Origin: Candidatus Bathyarchaeota archaeon
Lineage (GTDB): Archaea; Thermoproteota; Bathyarchaeia; Bathyarchaeales; Bathycorpusculaceae
Reading direction: 5' to 3'
Assembly: GCA_963733095.1 (NCBI GenBank)
Contig: CAVTBV010000002.1
Coordinates: 78,664-142,663, forward strand
DNA length: 64,000 nt
Under the pieces are notes generated by a model, which was given only the letters and a program-made list of their open reading frames with translations, had not been told where the DNA came from and did not search any database. Shown here in pieces: positions 38,388-46,806 of this stretch. A program made the position numbers and the translations under genes. Numbering within the stretch: the stretch's first letter is position 1; every line of letters begins with the position of its first letter.

Positions 38388-39614
38388 TTGAAGAATTCAT
38401 TGGTAGTTGTGTTTGCTGCAATTTTGTTTTCATCAATTGTTATTTCAGGAGTTTGTTCTGCACAGCAGGGTTCTGGTGATTGGCCGATGTTCCGCGGAAA
38501 CCTCTCCCATACAGGTGTAGGCTCGGGAAGCCCAGTGTTAAACGCTAGTTTGCTCTGGAACTTTAGCACGGGCGGCCAAATTTATTCGTCTCCATCAGTC
38601 GTGGACGGCGTAGTTTTCGTGGGCTCTTTAGATGGGAACATTTTTGCGTTAAAAGCGGACAGTGGGACACGACTATGGAATTACAGTACTGGCAGTCAAG
38701 TTTATTCTTGTCCCGCAGTCGTCGAAGGCGTTGTCTACGTTGGTTCGGTCGATGGGAAAGTTTACGCTCTAAGCGCTACGAGCGGTGACAAACTTTGGAG
38801 TTTAAACACGGGCGGCGAGGTTGATTCTTCACCCGCTATCTCAAACGGCGTTGTCTATGTGGGTTCATACGACAACAATGTTTATGCCTTAAACGCCAGT
38901 GACGGCGCAAAACTATGGGTTTTCAGTACCCTTGCTCCAATCTGGTCCTCTCCCGCCGTGGTTGCAGGAGCTCTTTACATAGGCTCAACAGATGGCTACA
39001 CTTATGCATTGGATGCCTCAAGCGGTGGCGAACTGTGGAATTTCACTAATGGCTACCCGACAGAGTCCTCACCAACAATCATAGGCGATCAGGTTTATAC
39101 TGCGTATGATAATGGAAGCGTTTACGCTTTAAACATACTTGACGGCACCCAAGTCTGGAGCTACGCAACGGGCAACATCATCAAATCTTCTCCTGCCGTT
39201 GTGGGCGGGGTCGTCTATATTGGTTCCTTGGATGACAACTTTTATGCATTAAACGCATCTGATGGGGCAAAACTTTGGAGTTTCACTACTGGCGGCACGG
39301 TTTATTCAGCTCCTTCAATCGTTGACGGCGTTGTCTATGTGGGTTCAGCGGATTCAAACATATATGCATTGAACGCGTCAAGCGGTTCTAAGCTTTGGAG
39401 CTACCCCACCGGCGGGTTTGTTGAATCGTCCCCTGTAGTCGTCAACGGAGTGGTCTACGTTGGCTCCTTGGACGGCAATATCTATGCGTTAACTAATAGT
39501 GCTCCGATAACCAGCGAGTTTCCAGTCTCTTTTTTTGCTGTAGCTATAGGAATTATTTTTTCAACAATAGTCGCTTTCATACTTGTAAAGAAAGGAAACA
39601 AAACTCGTTCTTAA
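38388..39614 (+). CDS. Secreted PQQ-like/BamB-repeat beta-propeller
   Basis: Signal peptide, DWPMFRG, eight 40-aa repeats SSP.V..G.VYVGS.D..YAL.A..G..W; SEFP + TM + KK. Confidence 0.92.
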   Translation: MKNSLVVVFAAILFSSIVISGVCSAQQGSGDWPMFRGNLSHTGVGSGSPVLNASLLWNFSTGGQIYSSPSVVDGVVFVGSLDGNIFALKADSGTRLWNYSTGSQVYSCPAVVEGVVYVGSVDGKVYALSATSGDKLWSLNTGGEVDSSPAISNGVVYVGSYDNNVYALNASDGAKLWVFSTLAPIWSSPAVVAGALYIGSTDGYTYALDASSGGELWNFTNGYPTESSPTIIGDQVYTAYDNGSVYALNILDGTQVWSYATGNIIKSSPAVVGGVVYIGSLDDNFYALNASDGAKLWSFTTGGTVYSAPSIVDGVVYVGSADSNIYALNASSGSKLWSYPTGGFVESSPVVVNGVVYVGSLDGNIYALTNSAPITSEFPVSFFAVAIGIIFSTIVAFILVKKGNKTRS

Positions 39615-39621
39615 TGCCAAT

Positions 39622-39658
39622 GTTCCAGTTTTGGAACGCTATGTTCCATGCGTAGAAC
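39622..39658. promoter_or_regulatory. Tandem palindromes GTTCCA-N4-T(G/A)GAAC
   Basis: GTTCCAgtttTGGAAC (39622-39637) and GTTCCAtgcgTAGAAC (39643-39658), 21 bp apart. Confidence 0.6.
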
Positions 39659-39698
39659 TAAGAGCTACTTCTTGCCTTTTAGATTGTAGGTGTGATGG

Positions 39699-40472
39699 AT
39701 GCAGAAAAACCAATTACCCGAGCCCACAAGGGGCAAAATCAAACTCGTTTTATTGGTAACCATAGTCACCGTCGCCGTCGGCATTTTCATGTACTACTTT
39801 ACCTTCACCTCTTACGGCTACAGTAACTGGACATTTGTCATAATGAATATCATTCTCTTCAGCGTCTTCTTCTTGCTCTCGGGCTTTAGAAAGAAACTCA
39901 ACCGCCTCCCAAACAGCGTCTATGTAGCCTTCATCGTGGCATTGTTCGCAGAAATGTATGGCATACCCCTAACCATGTACTTTTTCGCTGGGTTCTTCGG
40001 CTATAACCACATATTCAGCTTAGAGTTCCTTTTAACCCAAGTATTCGGGCAGCAACCCTTCTACATCGTCTACCACTACTGGGTCTTTCCCGCCTCAAAA
40101 ATCATAATCGGCGCAGGCTTACTTCTTGTCATATTTGGCTGGTACCAAATCTTCAAAGCCAAAGGCAAACTCGTAACTACAGGCCTCTACAAATATACAC
40201 GCAACCCACAATACATCGGGTTTCTGATGATAACAGGCGGCTTAAACGTCCAATGGCTAACAATCATCACCACGGCAATATGGCCTGTCCTGGCGCTTCT
40301 GTACTGGCGGCTGGCAAAAATTGAGGAGCGCGAAGCCTTAGCAAAATACGGAGAAGAATTCCTAAAATACAAAGACTCTACACCCCGTTTCATTCCCCGC
40401 CTAAGAAGACACCAAATCAAAGCAGCGCAAAATCTTCAAATTACTGTGGAGACAAAGCCTAACCCCTTATAG
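39699..40472 (+). CDS. ICMT/PEMT-family membrane methyltransferase
   Basis: AFIVALFAEMYG.PLT, LVTTGLY...RNPQY.G, EE..A..KYGEE. Confidence 0.9.
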   Translation: MQKNQLPEPTRGKIKLVLLVTIVTVAVGIFMYYFTFTSYGYSNWTFVIMNIILFSVFFLLSGFRKKLNRLPNSVYVAFIVALFAEMYGIPLTMYFFAGFFGYNHIFSLEFLLTQVFGQQPFYIVYHYWVFPASKIIIGAGLLLVIFGWYQIFKAKGKLVTTGLYKYTRNPQYIGFLMITGGLNVQWLTIITTAIWPVLALLYWRLAKIEEREALAKYGEEFLKYKDSTPRFIPRLRRHQIKAAQNLQITVETKPNPL

Positions 40473-40761
40473 CAACCTTAATTTCTTCCAAATCCTTTTT
40501 TATGGTTAGCGATTTTACAATTGTTTGTATCAATGTTCTTAATTGCACTAAAGTTAAAGCATCAAAAGAGCTCTGCTTAACTCAGGGGCGTTTTTCCAAT
40601 CAATTATTACAGTCGATTTTTTTAGGGGAAAACTCGCGGTTGCCGATGCTGCTTCAGCCCAAAAAATTTGGTTTCCCACTTTGTTTGTTTCGTTTTAGGA
40701 AGACAGTTTTTATATCTGTATGAAGTATTGGGTTGGATAAGAGAAGAGAGGATAGCGTTAA

Positions 40762-41418
40762 TTGACTCTTATAGTGGATGACGCGGGCAGCGGCGATTTG
40801 CTGTTCGGCGTTGTAGTCGGCGCCTACCATGAACCAACAGGCGAATTCAAATACGACTTAATCGATGTCCGATTCTATCAGGATATCTTTAAAGAGAAAG
40901 AGTACCTGCAGGAATCCAGTCGCGTCGTCTCCAAACTTGTCTCAAAATTTAACCTCTCACCTGAAGAAGAAATTCACATCTGCCAAGGCTGCATCTTCGA
41001 CGTTGCCGCAGAAGAACTCCAAAAAGTCTACGGCGAAGACCGCGTCAAACGCATTCGCGTAGTCGGAGAAACGCAACGGCTCGTAGAAATCGCCTACTTA
41101 GATGAAATTCGCAACTTAGGCTACGAACCACTGGAAGAGAGGGAAGAGAAACGGGGCAAGAGCTTTTTCCACATGATGCGGTGGCTAAAAGACAACCCGG
41201 AGATGCTGCGCTACGCCAAAACAGGTTGGCCGCGCCTAAAGAACTATCAGATGTTCAGGCCGTTCCATGCCCAACAAGCCTTCAATGCTGTCTGTAGCGA
41301 ATGCGGAACCGAATGTGAAGTTCCCTTCAAACCCAAAGCTGAAAAACCTGTCTACTGTCGCAAATGTTGGTCAAACCATAAACCTTCTCACAGAAAAGGA
41401 AAAGCAGTAAAACACTAA
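40762..41418 (+). CDS. RNase HII-like-fold protein with C-terminal CxxC-x17-CxxC domain
   Basis: IVDDAGSGD..FGVVVG resembles the DEAG.G motif; ends CSECG.ECEVPFKP...KPVYCRKC. Confidence 0.7.
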   Translation: MTLIVDDAGSGDLLFGVVVGAYHEPTGEFKYDLIDVRFYQDIFKEKEYLQESSRVVSKLVSKFNLSPEEEIHICQGCIFDVAAEELQKVYGEDRVKRIRVVGETQRLVEIAYLDEIRNLGYEPLEEREEKRGKSFFHMMRWLKDNPEMLRYAKTGWPRLKNYQMFRPFHAQQAFNAVCSECGTECEVPFKPKAEKPVYCRKCWSNHKPSHRKGKAVKH

Positions 41419-41434
41419 AACTTTGGTAACAAAC

Positions 41435-41767
41435 ATGAATGTATTTTTAGATTATAACTCAAATTGGTACGTACTCCTGTTCGCATTCTTAGCGGCGTGG
41501 GCAATTCTTTTCGCTGTCCGCCGCAAATGGGTAGCAAAACAGGAGATTAAACAACAAGTCTTCCTTGCTTTCGGCGGCATGTGTTCATTAGCACTTATGG
41601 AGTTCTTTGCAGTCTCCACTGGCCTTTGGAACTATACCCCGGGCAATTGGCCGGTGATTCTGTGGCCCACCTACTTTGCAGCCATACTCTTCGGGTACCA
41701 ACTTCTCCGTTCAATCGAAAGCTTATTCCCCCACAGACCCCACGCTGATTTAAGCTTGAAGACTTAA
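41435..41767 (+). CDS. Small 3-TM membrane protein
   Basis: Hydrophobic helices; E.FAV..GLW.Y motif. Confidence 0.7.
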   Translation: MNVFLDYNSNWYVLLFAFLAAWAILFAVRRKWVAKQEIKQQVFLAFGGMCSLALMEFFAVSTGLWNYTPGNWPVILWPTYFAAILFGYQLLRSIESLFPHRPHADLSLKT

Positions 41768-41807
41768 ATACCGACTTCACCACTTTTTTTCTAGTGGTCT
41801 TCTTAGT

Positions 41808-42323
41808 TTGACTTCCAACGGTAAACCAGTTTCCCACAGCGACGTTGTTTGGCTGGGTAAGCCCTGGATTGTTCCAGCCTCCATCATCCGAATCATCACC
41901 TTCTTTGTAGTCGCGGTTGTTTTTCTTTGGCTCGAACTCTTTTCTGGTGTGGCCTCCGACGATTTGTTAGGTTTACCTGTTTGGATATGGACTTTTCTTG
42001 TGATTGCAATAATTTGGCTTATCAGTATGCTTGAGCTTCTGATTTTTCGAGCCTCCCACACCTACATCCTGCGGCGGGACGGCTTAGAGATTAAACGCGG
42101 CATCCTCGGGCTGCACTCGTTTGTCGTTACACCCTCAGGCTTTGGCGACTTGCTGGTCTACCAGTCGGTTGGGGGCAGAATCTTTGGTTACGGTGACTTT
42201 ACGGTTAACTCGCAGGGTGAACGGGAAACTAAATTGCTCCTTGTTCGCCACCCCTTCCAAGTAGCCGACACCCTGCGCGATATTATGGGTAACCCCATCG
42301 TTCGCGTTGAGAGCCACATTTAG
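41808..42323 (+). CDS. bPH_2 (bacterial PH) domain membrane protein
   Basis: Two TM segments, then Y.L....L.I.RGI, V.QS..GRIFGYGD..V. Confidence 0.82.
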   Translation: MTSNGKPVSHSDVVWLGKPWIVPASIIRIITFFVVAVVFLWLELFSGVASDDLLGLPVWIWTFLVIAIIWLISMLELLIFRASHTYILRRDGLEIKRGILGLHSFVVTPSGFGDLLVYQSVGGRIFGYGDFTVNSQGERETKLLLVRHPFQVADTLRDIMGNPIVRVESHI

Positions 42324-42628
42324 AACATGCCGTTTTTGCTAGCCGCCTGCAATGGAGCGGGCTGCATCACACATCAATGCTCCACGAGTTTGTCGTCTCT
42401 ACTCGGAAAATGTCGATGATCGCTCTCCCCAATCGAAGGAGTTTGGTTTTAAGAAACTGTACGGCGACAAGGTCGCCTTCTGCTACTATGCGTTTGAATT
42501 CGAGACACAGGTTGAGGTTGGCGTTTAGGTATCCTTGATGTAGGCAACGATCCCGCTTGGTCGTCGGTGGAGTTGGGGTTGTGTTATCGGTAGTTGGCTT
42601 CGCGTTTGTTTTGGGACAGGTTGTTCAT
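42320..42628 (-). pseudogene. SnoaL/NTF2-like gene remnant
   Basis: Frame-broken pieces QHNP, FKRIVAEGDLVAV, AIIDIFRV, KLVEH, VMQP..SKNGMF. Confidence 0.7.
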
Positions 42629-43216
42629 TTGTGCTTGCGTAGGTTTTGTCTCCATCTTTTACGTTTGCGGGTGGCGAGATGAGGGTGTGTAGCTGCGAGG
42701 TGTTGACAACGATGGATGAGGCTGTTCCGCTGCATGTTTAATTGCTTAGTTTTCTGTTGTAAATCTATGCGTTTATTCGCTTGGCACATTTATTGGTTGA
42801 TTTTTGCTTATGTTTTATTAAATATTGTGAACATTTCTTAAAACCCTTTAAATCTCCAGATGCCCGATCAGATGTTCAGAGCAAAACAAAACATGGTGGA
42901 AATGGTATGTTGGATTTAGTAACCCAAGACATGGCATATATGGGCTTACCCGCCTTACCCTTCCAATTAACAGGGTACGTTCGGTTCCACGTTCGCCAAG
43001 CCCTCAAAGCAGTAAACAAGGAGGAGTAAGCATGTACAGCACCATAATCCTTGATTGCCAAACCAAAACAACCACCCCCTGCTCCCACGACTGCATCACC
43101 TACAAAACCTGTCACGCACCCACAAAAAAACCTAACTGCGTATACACAAGCATGTTACATATCCTTATAAGCCAAAATCACTGATGAACAATGCCCCAGT
43201 AGGAGGCGAAAAAAAA

Positions 43217-43342
43217 GTGTTGAGTAGAGACTGCGACGGATGCACCCTTCTGCATATGTGCAGTGAAAGGTACAGAAAAGTCGGCAAAGACGAGAAAGTC
43301 TACTGTCCAGACGGAACCGCACACCTAGTAGACCAAAACTAA
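43217..43342 (+). CDS. 41-aa Cys/His microprotein (not in ORF track)
   Basis: MLSRDCDGCTLLHMCSERYRKVGKDEKVYCPDGTAHLVDQN; AGGAGG SD, upstream CTTATAA, downstream T-run. Confidence 0.75.
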   Translation: MLSRDCDGCTLLHMCSERYRKVGKDEKVYCPDGTAHLVDQN

Positions 43343-43546
43343 CCCCCTCCCCAATTTTTTGTTGACTTGCCTATTATGAAGAGTTATTAGTTCGGGGTTT
43401 TCTGTATAGTTTCCAGAGGGTCTTTATGGCAGGCAAACTTGAATCCGAAAAGAAATCGGAAGCTTCAAAAGTCAATTCTAAGCAAAAGAAATGGGGGCAA
43501 GAACACTTTTATAGATTCAGGGGAAGCCGCGTTCGGTGAGTAATTA

Positions 43547-44077
43547 ATGAATAAAGCCGATTTTCTCCTCTGGAGCCGCAAGTACGATAAGGCGTTTGGT
43601 TGGCAAGCGCAGCGGGAGCGGGAACTCGGCGCAAAATTCCGCAAGAACAAGGCTTTGACCTGCAAGGATTTGGCGTCGATTGTTGAATGGAAATTTAAAG
43701 ATGACACTGAGCGGCAAGTGCGCAGTTTAGCGTTGGTGGCTCGAAATGACGAAGCAACCGTCAATAGGCTCACAAGCCAAGCCCTAAGCATACCTGGCAG
43801 CGAAGACGGTTACCGCATGAACTGTCTAACATTGCTTGAAGGCGTAAGCCCCATTCTTGCCAGCATCATTCTTTCATTCTTTGACCCCAAAGTCTACTGC
43901 ATCCTCGACGCCCACACCTGGAAAGCGCTCCTCGGCAACGTTCCCCCAAACATGCAAACAACGCAGAACTACCTCAAACTCCTTGCCGTCATCAGAAAAA
44001 CCGCTGCCAAACAAAACCTCGACGTACGAGTCATCGACAAAGCATTCTACAAAAAAGGCGTCGACCAAACCAGCTAA
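43547..44077 (+). CDS. HhH DNA-glycosylase-like protein
   Basis: I.EWKF, L..L.GV.P.LAS.IL...DP..Y.ILD, VR.IDKA. Confidence 0.6.
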   Translation: MNKADFLLWSRKYDKAFGWQAQRERELGAKFRKNKALTCKDLASIVEWKFKDDTERQVRSLALVARNDEATVNRLTSQALSIPGSEDGYRMNCLTLLEGVSPILASIILSFFDPKVYCILDAHTWKALLGNVPPNMQTTQNYLKLLAVIRKTAAKQNLDVRVIDKAFYKKGVDQTS

Positions 44078-44142
44078 ACCAAATTTTGACAGAAACAGAT
44101 GTACCTAAAAAAAAACAATTACCGATGTGTTTTGTTTGTGTC

Positions 44143-44594
44143 ATGGCAAATTTTAGATGAAAACACCCTAAACAAGATAAAACAACAAAAGAATTTTGAA
44201 GATCAAACCGCCAAAAAACTCGCCCCCCTCTACGAAGCCGCAAAAAACCCTATAATCAAACTCCGTTCACCGCATCATCCTAGACACCCAAAAACACTGC
44301 GATACCTACCAAATCCTACTTGAAATGAACAACCGAGCTATGATGGGTCCAGAAAGCAAGGCACTGGGTGAGGCAGAAATCAAAAGTCACATAGCCGAAG
44401 AAGCCAAAATGCTAAAGTTAACCACAGAAATCAGCCAAACCCTCAAAGACAAAAAAACAAAACAAATCATCGACAGCATCGTAGAAGACGAAAAACGACA
44501 CCACCGTGACCTACTCAAACTCTTAGAACTCCTCAAAAAAGAAGCCCGAGAATGGGACACCTACCTCTACGACCTCATAACAGGCTTCCCCTAA
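44143..44594 (+). pseudogene. Frameshifted ferritin-like protein
   Basis: QILDE..KNPIIKL switches frame near 44263 to VHRIILDTQKH..Y..MNN..I.EDEKRHH; the ATG at 44143 is also out of frame. Confidence 0.7.
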
Positions 44595-44622
44595 AACCAC
44601 TTGCCCAAACTAGACCCAGCTG

Positions 44623-46236
44623 CTAAAGGGGTAGTTTAATCAGAAATTTTGTGCCCTTCCCAGCCTTGCTCTCAAAGCCTATGCTGCCGCCCTCAGCCTC
44701 CACCAAACGCTTAACCACTGCTAACCCTAAACCTTGACCTTTAGCTTTAGTGGTAAACATAGGTGTGAAAACTTTAGCTTTAACTTCCTCAGATATGCCC
44801 ACGCCGGTGTCTGCGATGGATAGGTTGATGCTGTCTTCTTGTCGGTAGCCCTCGATTGTGAGTTGGCCGCCGTCTGGCATGGCTTGGAGGGCGTTGTTGA
44901 TTAGGTTAGTGAGTGCCCGTCTGGTAAAGGTGGGGTCGAGACGTACAGGTGGGAGAGGCTTAATGTTGATTGAGAGTTTTATGTTGCTGGGGACGGCGAT
45001 TGTTTTGAATACATCATCGATTAGATTCGCCAAATCATCCTGCTTATATTCGGGGGTTAGCTGTCTTGAATAATCCTGCAGGTCCGCAACTATTTTGTTA
45101 ATGTAGCCTATGCCCTGCTCTATATCATCTAGACTTTCGTTGATGCCCTGTTTTGCTTTAGTCTGCGGCATGTTGGCTACTTCCGTTTTTATTAGGTAGA
45201 CATCACTTGTCAGCGCCTGCAGTGGATTACGTATGTCATGGCCGACCATTCCCGCGGTTTGACCGATAGCTGCAAGACGCTCGTAAGCAACCAACTGCTT
45301 AGTGCGTTCTTTCACTAGTTCTTCGAGGTGCTTGCTGTATTGCTCTATTTTTTCTTGGTCCTGTTTCCGCTGGGTGATGTCGCGGATGCCGCCGATAAAC
45401 AACATCGTTTTGCCACTGCTGTCTTTTATTGCTTTCGCGGTGTCTTTAACGATGATGTAGCCGCCGTTTTTATGCCGTAAGCGGTATTCGATCGAGTATC
45501 TGTCAATCTTTGGGTTGTTTCTTACCTCATCCCATTTAGCCAGCACATACGAGACATCATCGGGATGCATACGACTCAAAGCCCAATCGATCGTGCGGTC
45601 CTCCCCCTCCTCTGGCTTAAACCCCACCAGCTCCTCCTCGCCCCTAACAATGTGAACCTTTCCCGTCACAAGATCAGACTCATAAACCAACACGTTAGCA
45701 GCTTCAGCCACCGCCCGAAAACGCTCCTCACTACGCCTTAGCGCCTCCTCAGCTAGTTTCTGCTCCGTCACATCTTGATCCACACCCACGACAACTCTGG
45801 CTTTGCCGTCACCTGTAACCTCTCTTACTTGACGCTGAGAATGAAGAATCCGAACCGAACCATCACGCCTGATAATTCGGTAATCAAAGTTCTCCCTATG
45901 GTTCAAACTAGCGTTCAGCATAGTCTCCATGTTTTTGGCTGCCATAGCCAAGTCATCTGGATGAATGAAGCTCGTGTACTCTTCCCAAGTGAGACCTTCG
46001 ATTTTGGGTTCTATCCCAAAAATATGAAACATCTCCTCGGACCAAATAGCTCTTGACTGGGATGTATTGAATTCCCAGCTGCCAAAATGAGCTAGCTGCT
46101 CAGCTAGGGCAAGCAGTTTAGTGTTTTGGTCCGATATTTTGCATGGTGCCTTCTGCTTTTTTGTTGAAAGTAATTGAGAATCAGACGTAGAGGCAGACAA
46201 GACATTTGCCCCATAAATAACTAAACCCGAAAACAA
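44623..46236 (-). CDS. PAS-domain sensor histidine kinase
   Basis: Two PAS_3/PAC units; GMVGHDIRNPLQ, NA.QAM, DTG.GI, G.GLGL. Confidence 0.93.
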   Translation of the reverse strand: MFSGLVIYGANVLSASTSDSQLLSTKKQKAPCKISDQNTKLLALAEQLAHFGSWEFNTSQSRAIWSEEMFHIFGIEPKIEGLTWEEYTSFIHPDDLAMAAKNMETMLNASLNHRENFDYRIIRRDGSVRILHSQRQVREVTGDGKARVVVGVDQDVTEQKLAEEALRRSEERFRAVAEAANVLVYESDLVTGKVHIVRGEEELVGFKPEEGEDRTIDWALSRMHPDDVSYVLAKWDEVRNNPKIDRYSIEYRLRHKNGGYIIVKDTAKAIKDSSGKTMLFIGGIRDITQRKQDQEKIEQYSKHLEELVKERTKQLVAYERLAAIGQTAGMVGHDIRNPLQALTSDVYLIKTEVANMPQTKAKQGINESLDDIEQGIGYINKIVADLQDYSRQLTPEYKQDDLANLIDDVFKTIAVPSNIKLSINIKPLPPVRLDPTFTRRALTNLINNALQAMPDGGQLTIEGYRQEDSINLSIADTGVGISEEVKAKVFTPMFTTKAKGQGLGLAVVKRLVEAEGGSIGFESKAGKGTKFLIKLPL

Positions 46237-46340
46237 CTAATAAGACTTTTCAACCAATCAGAAAAATTAGAAAGCTAAACCAACACGAGAAAGACCACAA
46301 AAGAAGAGAAAGAAACCCTGTAGTAGTCGTAGCAGTAGCC

Positions 46341-46455
46341 ATGAAGTCAATAAAGGATATAACCACCACCATCGAAGATCTAAAACCACAACTCAGAGAA
46401 CTTTTTAAAGTGAAAACCATCGGTTTATTCGGCTCTTAAGTTCACGGCGAAACTT
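46341..46455 (+). pseudogene. MNT nucleotidyltransferase antitoxin remnant
   Basis: MKSIKDI..LKPQLRELFKVKTIGLFGS*VHGE; stop at the GSY position, rest of gene missing. Confidence 0.7.
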
Positions 46456-46806
46456 TTAATCAAGGTTTACCTCTAAAATCTCTTCAAGTTTGATTTTTTG
46501 ACTTTTTGGAATCTTCTTAGCTATGCATGCATCGATGTGCCCGTGAAGAGCTGGGGCGTCTTCGTTGGCGTGTTGGGTGTGAAGCGTGAGCATGTGATTT
46601 TGGCTCAGATTGCTTTTTGCTACAGTGATGGGCTCTTTTACATTGATTATACGGCGGTGCCGTCGCCTTGGGCGACAAGTGCAACATTGTTCGAGGAGGG
46701 ACATGTTGATACCGAGCAAGCTAAATGTGGGTTGCTTGACCTTTTGATAAGTTTTATATGATTCTGTATGCCTATTTTATTGTTTCAAGGGAGTTAGTAC
46801 CCAATA

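Noticed and set aside
38540-39500. CRISPR-like or DGR-like 120-bp periodicity
   Set aside because: Degenerate coding repeats of propeller blades; no spacers, cas genes or reverse transcriptase
40543-40558. 14/16 match to the cbiM palindrome
   Set aside because: AT-rich, not palindromic and not near a cobalt gene; likely chance
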